Assembly (NCBI GenBank): GCA_051294905.1 | Contig: CM119378.1 | Span: forward strand, 19,406,001 to 19,470,000 | Direction of reading: 5' to 3' | Source: Botryllus schlosseri | Lineage: Eukaryota | DNA length: 64,000 nucleotides | In this document: positions 1-13,300 of the stretch, piece after piece | How positions within the stretch are numbered: position 1 is the stretch's first letter | Layout of the letters: the number at the start of each line of letters is the position of its first letter | The notes under the pieces: model-generated | Seen by the model: the letters and a program-made list of their open reading frames with translations, nothing else | Told to the model about the DNA's origin: nothing | Databases searched by the model: none | Made by a program: the position numbers and the translations under genes

Positions 1-260
1 TGAGTAATGATTCTACTATGGTTGATGAGTATACTGAAAATTATGGTTTCGATAGTATTTTCCATTGTGAAATCCTTGAAACCTCAATTGCTCGTATCAC
101 AGCATACGAAACCCACTGTATTGTCAAAAATTGCAATCAAATTGGTATGGTCGAAAAAATTATAAATTTTCCTGTAATGTAATGTCTGAACTATCTGCAT
201 AATTCACACTCTTATGAAGTCTTAATGAGTAGTGGTCGAAAACTCGACTCTTGAACCCTA
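1..260. mobile_element. Fragment of hAT-type MITE family 2 (boundaries approximate)
   Basis: Aligns by eye with the interior of the copy at 15230-15480 (shared ccttgaaacc, cgtatcacagcatacgaaac, ggtatggtcgaaaaaat). Confidence 0.55.
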
Positions 261-302
261 ATACTTGATTACGAATGATATAATTCATACTTACATCATA
301 TG

Positions 303-849
303 CAGGGTTGTAACCAAGTCACAAGGCTCCGAGTCACAAGTCAATCTCACTTTTATATTTTTGACTCGAGTCATTTTCAATTCCCACCGAGTCAGGTCCG
401 AGTCCAAGTCAGTGAACAGAGGATCGAGTCCGAGTCATGGTAATATGACTCGAGTCCGAGTCCAAGTCATTGTGTTAACTGCTCAGTTTCCAGTTAAAGT
501 CTTCCTAAACCCACTTTTTTAACTCTGTTTGGTGATATTGAATGGCTCGCATTTATAATATATAAATTTTCCTCACATTTAGCAGTTTCTGGTCGCATTT
601 TCAAGCACCAGTGCCAACAAACGAAATCCCAATAGTGTGTTGGCTTCAAAATTACAATGAAATGTCGGTCTTGGCCGTCTGAATCTCGAGTCAATGACTT
701 GCTTCGAGTCATGCGCAATGACTGAGTCCAAGTCGAGTCAATACACAGATTGACTCGAGTCATTTCCGTATTTTGAGAAAATGACTCGAGTCGAGTCATC
801 TGAAAATCGTGACTCGAGTCAAGTCATGACTCGAGTCATTACAACCCTG
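303..849. mobile_element. hAT-type MITE family 1 (GACTCGAGTC-rich), copy 1
   Basis: 11-bp TIRs cagggttgtaa/ttacaaccctg; perfect 8-bp TSD atcatatg (295-302, 850-857); clustered gactcgagtc motifs near both ends; no coding capacity. Confidence 0.92.
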
Positions 850-1699
850 ATCATATGGCAAAAGTGGTTATCGACACCACTCCGATTGGTGTTAAATAAT
901 AGTCTAGCATAATGTTTAAATCAACTGAACTATGGCAGTAGAGAGTAGGCTATATCTGAAGAGTGTATCATTCATTCATTCATCACCTGTGATGTTCCAG
1001 GACGGTAGGCCTTATTGTTCAGCTCAATGGACTAGGAATTTCAAGAGTTTTAGACTGTAATTCTCAAACTATTTCGACTCATCGCTCTTTTATCAAGCTC
1101 GACATATCTTTATCGTCCACTCAAAATCTCGAGGTCATCAGTAACAAAGTACTTCTACTTTTCTGTAGTACACGAGTCAAGTTTATCCACTTGTTTCAGT
1201 TACTGAAGTAGTTTTGTTTCTGCGTCACCTTCAACAGTTTTTTGATGCTGAAATACTAATTTTTTTTGGCAACTGGAAAGTAGTTTTTGGATTCACCTCA
1301 ACAATGCGTTGCTGCGAAGTTGAAAGAATTCATAAATAAATTCAATTGAAGTAACATGAAGCAAATTTCCCCAATCTTATTCCTTTTCACCTTTAGCAGG
1401 CTAGGACGAGTTGAGCATTGAGCCACAAATTATCAAAATCTGCCGATTGAACTTGACAAGAAACCACACTGCTAATTAAATAAAATTTCATCCTTTGTTA
1501 TTTTTGGCCAATTTTATTCTCAAAACCATCCCCCAGGGTGCAATAGTGCCCACTTTGTGAACCACCAGTTTAATACGTAGTAAGATTGTGATACAATGAA
1601 AAGATAGGACAATGTTGAAAAGTTATTAATGTAAAGACAGTTGGACACTGAATGAAGAGTCAGAACGTGGTTTATAACTTGTACTTTATTTGGTTTCAG

Positions 1700-1838
1700 A
1701 TAAATGCCGCAGCACATATGAAGACATATTTGGGAAAAACCAGATTGTTTACTATATCGACAAAGTATTGTTTAATAAAATCAATGATACTTTTGGGCAT
1801 GTACAGGCCATGCAACCTCTTGGATACGATAATCCCTG
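1700..1838 (+). CDS. Internal exon of a predicted single-pass membrane protein (extracellular part)
   Basis: Acceptor tttggtttcag, donor gtatgt; 139 nt open, phase 1 to 2: (D)KCRSTYEDIFGKNQIVYYIDKVLFNKINDTFGHVQAMQPLGYDNP; phase matches the exon at 3052. Confidence 0.6.
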
Positions 1839-2383
1839 GTATGTAGTTTTCTTATATTATTATTTCTAATGAATTAATGTCTTGTAAAACTGAGAGTATT
1901 TTGAGTTTACATTTGAAAAACAGGTTCTTATTATCTAGCTAAAATGAATGGTACATAGCCTATAGCTGATTAACACCAGTGGACACTAGTCAGCCCTCTA
2001 GTTCACCGGACCACGACCTGACATCTCGCCTTCCGACACATGCCACCTCTTTTTGTCGCCTGTCCTTTTATATTATCTTAGCTGTTACTTTTCATTAAGT
2101 GTGCATGCCTCCCCACCTAGGCCAGGTGGGTATCTGATCTTGACTACTCCCAGTCGTTTCGATACCTTCCTATTTTTCATTTTATCACAAGTCTTGTTGT
2201 TTACTACACAAGAAATTGAATTGAACTTGGTACAAATAAATTGTACAAATTTTGTCTATATTTCTATGTTGTCAGGTCATTGATGTAAGAAGTCAACCAG
2301 CATAAACTTTGTGCGGGGGGGGGGGGGGAGATTCAGTTCATATCAGTAATCGTTTTTGTATCAATTCATCTACTGCTAATAAC

Positions 2384-2884
2384 TAGGGCTGGGCAAAATC
2401 GAGTACCGGAGTGATTCGATTCTGAATCACGAAATATGCTTCGAGTCGAGTAATCGAGTATCGCTCATTATAACATCATAACAGAATGTAATACGTCAAA
2501 GTTCAAATATGTACCGTTTGTGTCACCACAAAGAATATAATGCCTGGTATCCATCTCATAAATGATACTTGGGTATTTTAAGACCGTACGGATTTCATTC
2601 CACTTGGTGACAATGTTGTGGGATGATCATGGCTATGGAAATGTGCTACGTCCAATAGCCTTCGTGGCTTTGTACTATATGTTTCGTATGCTACAATACC
2701 GCCAATCAAGGTTTCGTATGCTACAATACCGCCAATCAAGGTTTCAAGGCTCCGTCAGTGAAAATTAGTATCGACACTATAATTCTGGTCGATAAATTAA
2801 CTTTCAGTGACGAGACGCGTATAATTTCAGTACTCGAAAAAATTGTATTTTACTACTCGACTCGAATCATTGTGCCCAGCCCCA
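2384..2884. mobile_element. hAT-type MITE family 2, complete copy
   Basis: TIR tagggctgggca / tgcccagcccca (1 mismatch); perfect 8-bp TSD ctaataac; internal 30-bp tandem duplication at 2681-2745. Confidence 0.88.
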
Positions 2885-3051
2885 CTAATAACTCTCTCAA
2901 AAGAAGATATTTTTTTTTATTTATAGAAAAGTAGTACGGTAGCAGTGAATAAATGTCACCAATGCCTTGTCACGTTACAGTGCCCATGGCCTGTACATTT
3001 CAAAAAGACAATATTTTCGTCACGAATTATTTTGCCCAATATTTTATACAG

Positions 3052-3229
3052 CAAATTACCAATCCAGCCATCACCACGTCCGTCGACATCTCGGTCATTA
3101 TGGGCTGTACCATTTGCTGTTGTCTTGTCGTTGATACTGATGGTTATCATACCATTCTGTCTGCGAAAAGTTCGGAAAAAGAGAGCAAAGACAAGTGTCC
3201 GGTGGAGAAGTATTGTCACAAGTACCTCG
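3052..3229 (+). CDS. Transmembrane exon of the predicted single-pass membrane protein
   Basis: Acceptor ttttatacag, donor gtgagc; phase 2 to 0; P/S-rich stalk, hydrophobic LWAVPFAVVLSLILMVIIPFCL, then basic stop-transfer RKVRKKR. Confidence 0.68.
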
Positions 3230-3842
3230 GTGAGCATTAATAAAAGTATGCCTTATATATAAGCCAATGTCTTGGAGTGTAGTGTCTTCTACTGATGAAG
3301 AATTGTAAGCTTTTGCACCTAATCGGATGGGCAACAAATTCGATAACCAATTTTGTTGTTATTCTGTTACTCTCTCTCAAATCTTATGACTAATATAAAT
3401 ACAATAATCGCTGTAAAGAATATCGACCTACTGCAAACTGACTAGTGCACACGGAAGTTCACGAATACTAATACTAACATCGATGGAAGATATATGCATG
3501 TTTAAAGTTTTGTTACTCATCAACAGTTCCGTATTCAAGGGCTGGTTTTGCCTAAAAAACTAAAATTGTTATGAAGAAGTAGTATAAAATCATAACCACT
3601 AGAGTAAGTGGTGCAAGAGGCGAAACCTACTTGGAGTAATCGTTACTGACCTCTGTTTACGAATCACCATTTCTTTCAACATATCAAACATCTCCCTATT
3701 CACATTGTTTGAAGTTGCAGACTCCTGGTGACGGCCTCTATGCATTGGGCACCCTGAAGTATGCCCAGTACAAGCTAATTTCAAACCATACAATATCTCT
3801 GCGGTAGTCAAGACAGACTTGTGATTGTGCCTCTTTTCCTAG

Positions 3843-4334
3843 GAGTACATCACAAGGCTAATGGAAAATGGAGAGACTGAACGGGACAGTGGGGAGAATC
3901 CTGACGTGGTGGAAGATGTGTTTCCCATTGTGCCGGACACCTTCGTCCATCCGCAGCCTACTGCTAGCCCCAATGTTTACGTCATAAAAAATCAACCACG
4001 CCACCCAACCAGTAATGAAGCGGACAGCAATCCTGCCGATATATATGATCAAAACTCCAGTGAGACTCGAGTAAACAACTCACAAATATGTCAACACTCT
4101 GGACATGATGGGAACGTTATGGTATCTGGCATTCTAGACCAGCCCCAAGTTTCCGAAATTGCCTCCCGAGAGGTTTGTGATGATGCCAGATCAGTATCTG
4201 CCTTGGATTCTAGGATAGTTTTGGACTTACCCAACAGGGATGTTGGTGTATATGAAAATGTGACTTATGGTCACGCTCCGGTTGAGGATGCGTATATGCC
4301 AAAGAGCTGTTCAGAACCCAACAATATTGCTTGA
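3843..4334 (+). CDS. Terminal exon: acidic, low-complexity cytoplasmic tail with tyrosine motifs
   Basis: Acceptor ctcttttcctag; phase 0 and in frame with the 157-aa ORF 3861-4334; motifs VYVI, IYDQN, VYENV, AYMP; TGA stop. Confidence 0.68.
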   Translation, partial: EYITRLMENGETERDSGENPDVVEDVFPIVPDTFVHPQPTASPNVYVIKNQPRHPTSNEADSNPADIYDQNSSETRVNNSQICQHSGHDGNVMVSGILDQPQVSEIASREVCDDARSVSALDSRIVLDLPNRDVGVYENVTYGHAPVEDAYMPKSCSEPNNIA

Positions 4335-6739
4335 AAAAGTTCAAACTGAAATTTAGGCATCTATCAAGTTACTATTATGAACGTCGGCCTGACATTTGTA
4401 ATTGTACACTGAGTATCACCCAGTTCCTACCATACCCCAAGTTAGCTAAACCCCTACCAGCGCCAACTCTAATTCAAATGACCTTATCATCATATCACAA
4501 AATCCAACCGGGATGCTAGCAACCCCAACAGATTGTTTGATGGCGTGGAAGGTTATGACTGTTGATGAGAGAATTCAAATTTATGAAATGCGGTCAATAT
4601 ATAGAAAAACGCTTGAATTGGAGGTAAATCGCACAGAGCGCGAAATTTCGTTCGTTTGCACCCTCCTTCAGATGCTTTCACAATTTACCCCCCCCCCAAG
4701 TTGAGAACCACTCACTGCATTATAGTATCATTGCAACTATGCGCATTTTGTTCAATTATGTCTGTGAAACTACTTGATACTCTTTCTACAAATCGTTTCG
4801 ACAACTGAAATGGGATCCGGTAGAGTAGGTTTTATATCGAAGACATGGACATTTCTGGTGCTGCCGAGAGGTTCAATATGCTTTGCAAAGAACCTTTGAT
4901 GACTTGAAATTTGACTTGGAAATACAGGCGGGTAAGGCTACAGCCATGTAGTACGAGTACCATGTCGCTGTCCTTATTAGGCACTTAATCACACCGACCT
5001 GTGGTGATAAAACGTACATGCTTCACATGTTTGAAAAAGTAGAACTTTTTTCTTCAAAATGAAAGATCATTGCAACATTACATTAGTGATAAAACTGCGG
5101 CTGAGAAACATAATTCATCACTATTTTGTGTTTGTTGATTAGCGTAATAGATCAACGATTTTGAGCAAGTGTGCTTAGACACCTTCGAGACATTGTATTG
5201 ATATATATTTGTAAAATATTGCGCCATCTTGCCACATGGTTATTGCACAATAGCGTTTGCATTTTTTTGTATTTCAACTTCCTTGACTGTTTCGTTCTTG
5301 GTATTTCCTCGACTGCGATTTCCTATTGATTTTTTCTCTCGAAGAGACGCAACCGATTTAGCCGAACCTATTTCTATTTTGTCGTTTCAAATACGAAAAA
5401 CTTGCCACATCATGCAATGAATATGCGTTAATATCAAAATTCGTCTGCACTAGATCTACCTCAAGCTGTCTCGAATGAAGCTCATGATTTATAGCAGTGC
5501 TCTTACAGGATTTTGATCTAAATTCGGAGATTGGTTAAGGTAGTGTAGATCCGTAAGGTTTGACTGACTACAAAGTGATTGAAGGCGTCCAACTTCACAG
5601 ATTTCTGGGCATTTCAAGATGAGATAAATGCAACGCCTAATATAGGATTCCTTCCTGAGCCTTTTTAAGAATTTTGGGGCTTTACGTCTCTACGTGACAG
5701 GTAGTTTCCAGGTGGTTGCTGGACCATTGGTAGAATCCTCCTTAAAAAACGATCTGAATTTGTTAAATTTCCTGTTGGAAAGCTGGCCGCAGTGACGGAA
5801 GCGTTTTTAGATTAGTGTGACATTTGCATCGCATATGCTATTAAAATTGTATACTTCCTGTAATATAGCAGCACGAATTCAGCTCTCAGCATGTCAGATG
5901 ACCACTTTCGGCAGTTCATATAAATGCTTTTCACAACTACATACATACTTTAGTAATTTTCTAATCGAGCAAACTCTTATTTCGGTAGTTTTATATCAGG
6001 CTACCAATGACAGAAATCGATCTTACGTCAAATCTGCCACGTTCCACACTGATTAGGAAAATGATAACTGCGGTCTAATGACGGTATTAGATCCTCACCA
6101 AAATCACCCTTGAAGATGATTATGGGCCTTGTTCCATACAATTACATCTACATCTTTGTAAACGAGGCATTGTCACAGAGTTTCAGAGGTGGTCAGCAAC
6201 GACGTTATTTCTAATTTTCAAAGTGCAAGTAGGTGTTGCGTACTTTGATATCTCACTCAAGTGGTTTTCATGCTACAATACTCCTACTTCTATACTTCAG
6301 TTGCCATTTTTTAAGCAAAATTAAGCCTATAAAACTCATTTCTTTACATACTTGAAATCGCTACTTCTGCTTGTACTTTAGAGCAGAAAGTTAAGACGGC
6401 ACGTGACTTATTTGACAACCTCTGCTGCATTTTTCCATCATGACAATGTGTCTTGATGAAGCTGACCAATTGACTTTGGGTAACGATTTCAAATTCGTAA
6501 ATGCTATTCTCGGATCATTATTTTGCAACAAAGTTTGCTGCTCTTCTTCGTCTTCATATCTACCATACTCATACAAGACTGGAACAAACCGGACAAGGTT
6601 ATCTCAAAGGCTTGACCTCCGTCTAACCCCTGAGCCTGAACTGAGAACCTGGCTTCGATATTATGTTGGAACGAAATTTATTAAAGCTAGACAGAATAGA
6701 GTGGCCAATAAAAATTGGATGCCAGTAAAAAATGGTAAG

Positions 6740-7110
6740 AACTTTACAGCAACAAAAAATAGAAAAATTACAATAAAGTCGGTCAGAATAGTAAAACAGT
6801 AAAAATATAATTTACAAGCATAAAGGCAAGGAAATCGTTTTCCTGTCGGTAAAGAAATTTATATCGTGCTAATCATGGTAATGAAATTTAATTAGGCGGG
6901 AGAGATTCCAGAAAAAAACGCGAAGAACTTTACAGCAACACAAAATAGAAAAATTACAATAAAGTGGGTAAGAATAGTAAAACAGAATAGAGAAATAGCA
7001 GTAAAGAGTGTGAAGAACTATTGAAGAAATTGAAGAATTACAATAAGTCGGATAAAATAATGAAACAGTAAAAATATAAATCACGAGCACAAAGGCAGCG
7101 GCGATTCGAA
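6740..7110. repeat. Three imperfect A-rich direct repeats of about 60-100 bp
   Basis: gaactttacagcaac..aaatagaaaaattacaataaagt..gaatagtaaaacag recurs near 6740 and 6925, with a partial third copy near 7038. Confidence 0.6.
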
Positions 7111-9421
7111 TGATTTCCCAAGCCGGCGGTGGACATTGGTGTGGAACGGTGTAATTGCGATATAATTGCCAGAGATGAGCACAGATTTGGATTTGGCAGA
7201 GTCGGATGAAATGATTTAGGCTGAATTTGGATCGGATATACAATTCAAAATATTTAATCCGCTCATCTCGGGTAACTACAGAGAGGATTCCGATACTGAC
7301 GTTCGCCTCATACGAAGAATTAGTCAGCACTGTGATTAGATACCAGATAGTTATTACGTTCTACACCTGATATAGCAAGAAAATGATACACTCAGCAAAT
7401 TTTAAACAACACACTGAAGTGCGGGGAGATAACTCACACTGCACCCACAGCGGCCACTGATTTCTGAGCTTGTCAAAAGAGAAAGAGATTTTACTATTGT
7501 CTACACCAGGGCTACTTGAATCGTTGATCAAGGTCCGAATGGGAACCTTTTCAGTGTTGAATCCAGTCCTTATCTGTCTTGGTATTTACGTACCGGTAGT
7601 ATAATACGAAATACACTACCTTTGATTTGCAAAAACAGCATAAAAATGCCATTTCTTCCGCTAGCTGTGACCAGCAGAATGACAAATGCGTTTAGCTCAT
7701 TGCTTTCGCTAATACCGCTTCACCGTGTCCTATATATAGCAACACCATATTACATTTGCATGAATGTGAATCATTTTATGAGAGTTATGACAGACCAAAT
7801 CGAATTTCAAACTTTTGCTGTTTGCTCAAAACAGTTGATTTTCTCTGCTTTAGACTATCCCGCTCGCAGACATTGACCTAACATCTATTACGATGTTTTC
7901 AGCTCTCTACGGTAGTGCTCTTCAACCTTTTTTTGGTTGATGACCCTTAAAGTTGTGACAAACTCTTTTTGCCAAGTTCCATGTTTCTCGGTAGTGGGAA
8001 TCAATAGTCAAGTAGACAGACATATCTACATGTAAGGTAAATTGAAAACAAAACTGGCTTATGCATGACTTATGGACAGAAACCTCTGACTTTCCACGTG
8101 AGCAAATGTCCATCAATGCAAGTCAGTAAGCTCTTGGGAACATGATGTCTTGTGTCATGTGTCATTTGATTGTACTATATGGTATCTCAGGAGGAAATTA
8201 CATTTCGATAACTATTATTCAGGCAAGCTATAGGATATTATCAGTCATATTTAGAAGGTTATTCCAAGTTCCTAGGATATGCTCTGCCAAAATTCATAGC
8301 ACAGGTAGATGAACAGTTTGAGGGAGGAGATGATATAGTTAGCTGATTTACATGAAACTGAGATGTTGCTCACATCTCAAGCTTTTCCTGAACGATTCTA
8401 ATGTAAATAACAGTATTTGTGGTTGAAAACTAGCAGAATCGAATTAGAACACAAGAATTCAAGAGTGTCAATTGAGACATGGTAATTTGATGATCAGATG
8501 GTCTTATACAGAGATAAGTGGATTCATGCAAGCATACATGGAACAGTGACAGAAGCATTGGGGTCAAAATGGTTGGTTTTATGGAAAATTGAACAACATG
8601 AATCTAGCATAACTTGTAACAGGTAGATCAGCCTTGCTTCTCAAAGCATGTTTCTAATCCTATTGAAGGAGAAATAGGCCAGCTTATCCGCCACACATGA
8701 ATGCCATACTTAATGGAGGGCGAAGGCAGGCTTTTCATTACCGTATAAATGTTTTACAATATTGTTAATAATGGCCTGAAGTTGATTCATTCACTCATTC
8801 ATTCAGGGATGTAATATTCTGGAATAAAAACCACAGGTCCCTACGATATATAGTAAGTTAGGGCAAAGAACGATTTTCCGAATTCCAAGGTAATGGGTGA
8901 AGGTCGAATTTAAAATATATCAACTAAGACTTTTTGTTACGAAATTAGGTCAATGTTTAGCACGAGAAATGTACTACACAAACAAGTACTAATTTGCCAT
9001 TGCTTGCGTTCATAGTTGTTCCTACAAGCGATCTTCTATGCCCCGTTATTTTCGACGGAAAGCCGCAACTTTGCTACCATCGGCGTTACTCGCGTGCACG
9101 AATGTCAATCCTAGGCTTGTTTTGTACTGTGTTATGGCCACCAACAAGCGTAAAAGGGAGATTACGATATCTTTTTCCGTTAATGTTCCTCAGCCCGAAT
9201 CGCCTATAACCCCTGCAGATCGAAGTCATGGTGAATTGAACGATAACCAGCTTTCCGCTGGCTGCCGTATACGCTGAACTCAGTCCATTGTTATATGATA
9301 ACGCGTTACACCGATTGTATTATGACGACATAACGAGGCTCTGTCTTTATTAAAACTTGTAGGCTTGTAGCGTCCTGAGGCTGAGATTGAGGCTAAGATT
9401 GAGGAGATTAAGATAAGTAAG

Positions 9422-11609
9422 ATGGAGTGGAGTGAGTCGGATATGGAATTTGATTTAAATGAAGTGGCACACCAGGAAAATTGTGTAAGGGAAGTCGCAA
9501 GAAAAAACGGGATCGCCGTTAGCACGTTGCGAAGCCGAATGGCAAAACACTCCGAGTTACTGCGGCGAAAACCAGGACGAAAGCCAGTTTTCAGCAGCGA
9601 CGTGGAGCTAAGCCTGGCAAAGTGCATCGATACTCTTTGCCAAGCTGGTTTCAGCCCTAAGCAGACGGAGCTATTGGATCTGGTCCAAGAATATACGGCC
9701 AGAAATAATTTGTCAACACCGTTCGTGAACGGACGACCAGGTGTTGACTGGTTATATTCTTTTATGGCGAGAAATCGCTTGTCATTGAAAAAGGCAAACA
9801 TGTTAAGCTCCGCAAGGAAATCAGTTACTTCCAATCCATTCATAATATTCGATTTCTATGAAACACTGGCCAGGATTGTGGAGAAAAATAAACTATCGGC
9901 CAATCAAATTTGGAATTGCGACGAATCGGGTTTTCCCAGTGACCCGAAGCGCTGCGAATCGGGTTTTCCCAGCGACCCGAAGCGCTGCAGAGTGGTACGC
10001 CGACGGGGAAAAGTCGCCTATAAAATTACTTGTGGCGCAGGTCGACTCAACACTACGGTATTGGCCTGCTGTTGTGCGGATGGCACCGCAATGCCCACTC
10101 TCATTGTATATAGCGGGAAAAATGTACAAAGCACCTGGCACGGTCCTGATGCTTTACCAGGGACGCAATATGCTGTAAGTGACAACGGCTGGATAACCAG
10201 CGAGATATTTGCCGACTGGTTTGAAAAATTTAGTAAGAACGTGGCGAAGCGACCACTTTTGTTGATCTTCGATGGCCATTCGAGCCACGTATTACTGAAA
10301 GTGATCGATTATGCCATGAAGGAAAATATAATCCTACTTAAATTACCACCGCACGTGACGGATGTACTGCAACCGCTCGACGTAGCGTGGTTTGGTCCAC
10401 TGAAAAAACACAGGGAGAACGTCCTAAATAGCTGGGTGAATATTTATGGTACAAGTGAGTCAGTGAGGCGGGCAAATTTCGCTGACCAATTGGGAAAAAT
10501 TGAGTTTGGGTCTGTCAAGAAGTAATGTGATATCTGGCTTCTCTCCAACTGGTATATACCCGGTAAATAAAGAAAAATATCCGAACGATCGCTTTGACAA
10601 GCGATTGATTCGGAGATACGAGGCATGGGTGGAAGAAGGCAAGCCCTATGACATGATGGAAACCCTGGCTACGGAAGTGACCACTCCAAATAAGCTCACA
10701 AAATGCGTGTTAGAAGGCAGCGTAGATGAAGTAACGTCAGACAGAGGCACTTAGGAAATTTAATCTTCACCGCCTAAACCGTGCTCTTGCGCTTTGTTGT
10801 ATGAGCAAATGGGCCCAAAACCAGAATTTGTTGTCCCTGACAAGAAGTCGGCTCCAGCGTGGGTTTTGTTAAATCGACAAGAACAATTTTGTTCGACCCC
10901 CAACAATTCGGCCCAAGCCTCGACGTCTTCGGAGCTCAAAAATGCTAGCTTCGAGGAATTGATTTTAGAAAAGATAAAAGGGCCAATGCAAAAAAACACA
11001 CAGAAACGTCGCAAGATAGATTTTAAGGTGAAGGTAATAACAGATGACGAGTATGCGAATGCTATAGCAGAGAAAGAGAAAGGGAAGGGCGGCTCGTCAA
11101 GGAAAAGGAGTCAGAAAGAAACTGAGATAGCTGAGGTAGTAACTGAGGTTGAGGCTGAGAGAGACAGCGAGGAAGACAGTTTAGAACTAGACATTCCAGT
11201 GAATGATAATCCCCGCGAGGTGTGGAAGAATTTGAGTCCACCTACGGCAGAGAGTCAAATTGTTCTTCGTTGGTACGCCTGTATCTATCAGGCTAAACGG
11301 CGCAACATGATGTTCATCGGCAGACCAACAAAACAATTTCTGGATGACGCGAGCGGCCCGGTTATAAGCCTTGAAATTGATTGTTGTATAAAACCAGTGG
11401 CAGGCAGTGATACACTCTATGAAAACCTTCCGTCTCACTGGCCGAAAGATGTCGATGTCTTTCCTATTTCCGATGTCATCGCAGAAGCTCAGATGGAACC
11501 TCTACGTGGTGGTAAATGGCGCGTTAAGAATGCACAACAATTGAAAGAAATGTTTGACGCATGTCAAAAAACCGACCGCGAGAACGTCTTCCGACAAATT
11601 CAGTTTTGA
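9422..11609 (+). pseudogene. pogo/Tigger-type (HTH + CENP-B-type HTH + DDE_1) transposase, disrupted
   Basis: Motifs VREVARKNGIAVSTLRSR, IWNCDESGF, DNGWITSEIF, LLIFDGHSSH, LPPHVTDVLQPLDVAWFGPLK; frameshift near 10500 (continues SNVISGFSPTGIYP), stop at 10752-10754, then ORF 10794-11609. TIRs not found. Confidence 0.88.
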
Positions 11610-11978
11610 ATTTGCTTTTCAGTGATCGCTAGTTACCCGCGACTTGCTTTGTAATATATGTTCTGTTGCAAAATATTTATCGAATTGAAACATTCTGACA
11701 TTGGAGTAAGGTAGCCAATTCAAAGCAACGACGCAGCCTTTCACACAGGCCGCAGGCAACAATCAGGAAATCTGGAACAGAAGTCAGAAAACCAAAACTG
11801 CTGAAAGACAAAAAAAAAAGAAACCTACCGGTATCTGAATGGAGTAAAACACACACTGACATCGACAATGCCTCCAAAGGAAAGCGCATATTTACAAGGC
11901 AACAATAGGAAATAGCAAAAGTAAGACAAAGGTTTCGACATCTACAATTCAGTTGGTCGGGAGAACGAAGGAGAGTAA

Positions 11979-13300
11979 TTGAAGTATCAAACTGATTTTG
12001 ATAGATTTGAGACATCTACAAAGCCTCAAAGAAACCATAACCTGACACAATTTCGCTCAAGTTCCATAACACATATGACGGTTTGTCGATTAAACGTATC
12101 AACTCTTGTAATTAGCATGAATTCTGACCAAGTCAGAAGATGTACTATTGCATTAGTGATCACATTGACGTATAAGCAAGTATACGACTAGAAACTAAAC
12201 AATATACCAAAGTCCAGATCGTAATACTCACTTCTGGTAGTGAATGACGTGAAGAATTAAATTACACTAGGTGATATGCATCCAAGTGACGAGGGGGATT
12301 GCATTCAAGAGACTAATACAACAACACCGCAAGAAAGAGAGGTAAGAGGTAGAGAAATTTGGTGACTGTTTTCATGGAGAATGTATTCGCATCCTAAGCT
12401 TTCGTCTCGCTCACACGATCTCTCTCAAGTTTAGATCTAGAAGTTAGTTAACCGATAGGCCTGCATAAGAAACAGACTGAAATGGAACGAATCATGATCA
12501 TGCGAAAAATTGTTCAGCCACGAAGAAGGGTACATGTGTGGTATGTGGCAAAATCGGTAATTTCTGGAGAACATGCCCAATGAATAGAAGGAATATTCAT
12601 CACAATATGTTGTTCCAAGAACATGACATGGACTAGCAAATGACATTGTCTTTATTGCTATCAATAAAGATAATGATATGGCATTTATGAAAATGCTAGA
12701 AGCTTTGCGGAAGAAATATATCCCTGGACAATGAAAAACTACTATTCAAAAAGCAACAAGTGAGATTCTACAAGCACATACTATCTGACCAAGGGGTCTG
12801 AAGCCAGCTGAAGACGAAATGAGAACAATACGCAATATAAAAGCTCAACAAGAATTATCATTACTTTTAGGCGTAATAACGTATAGGCGTAATAACGTAA
12901 TATATTTAAAAAAACTTGCTCACAATAGCCTCAAAGAAGCTGACTTAGAAAAATGCTCCCGAAAATGGGAGGAACACAACGAAGAAGCGCAGAACAAAAT
13001 AAAAGAAGAACCATGCTCCAATACTGTCTTATCACGATCCTAATTAAAAAGCACGAGAGGCAGAAATGTGCTGTTTGAATTAAGTATGTGAATGTTTTCA
13101 AGATCTCTCTTACAGGTCCTAAGAGAGCAGTGACAACGTACAATTTACGTAAGCTGCCCCACAGGTTGCACAAAAGAAATGATGAGCTGGAAATTACGCC
13201 CGCACCAAGGGCAGTAGACCAGCAGTACAGAGTGAAAGCCGAAAAAGGCCTGCTTGACTGACGGCATCACCTAAAGCCAAAAAGGGATGGAAAGATACAG
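11979..13300 (+). mobile_element. Heavily deleted Gypsy-type gag-pol remnant (boundaries approximate)
   Basis: Zinc-knuckle-like DHAKNC and CVVCGKIGNFWRTCP (12496-12579); RT-like DIVF..EKLLFKKQQVRFYKHILSDQGV and ELSLLLGVITY; thumb KWEEHNEEAQNKIKEE; integrase-tail-like QYRVKAEKG..RHHLK; many stops and frameshifts. Confidence 0.68.

Noticed and set aside
265-799. ORFs 265-522 and 494-799 (and similar ORFs at 40667, 55339, 62140).
   Set aside because: Chance frames across MITE family 1; they are not conserved between copies.
3721-3803. Possible extra exon TPGDGLYALGTLKY in the membrane-protein gene.
   Set aside because: All candidate donors give phase 2, incompatible with the phase-0 terminal exon.
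6869-7330. 153-aa hydrophobic minus-strand ORF.
   Set aside because: It derives from T-rich tandem repeats; no domain or splice support.
8836-9421. Search for TIRs of the pogo transposase at 9422-11609.
   Set aside because: No convincing inverted match with sequence downstream of 11609, so element boundaries are not reported.
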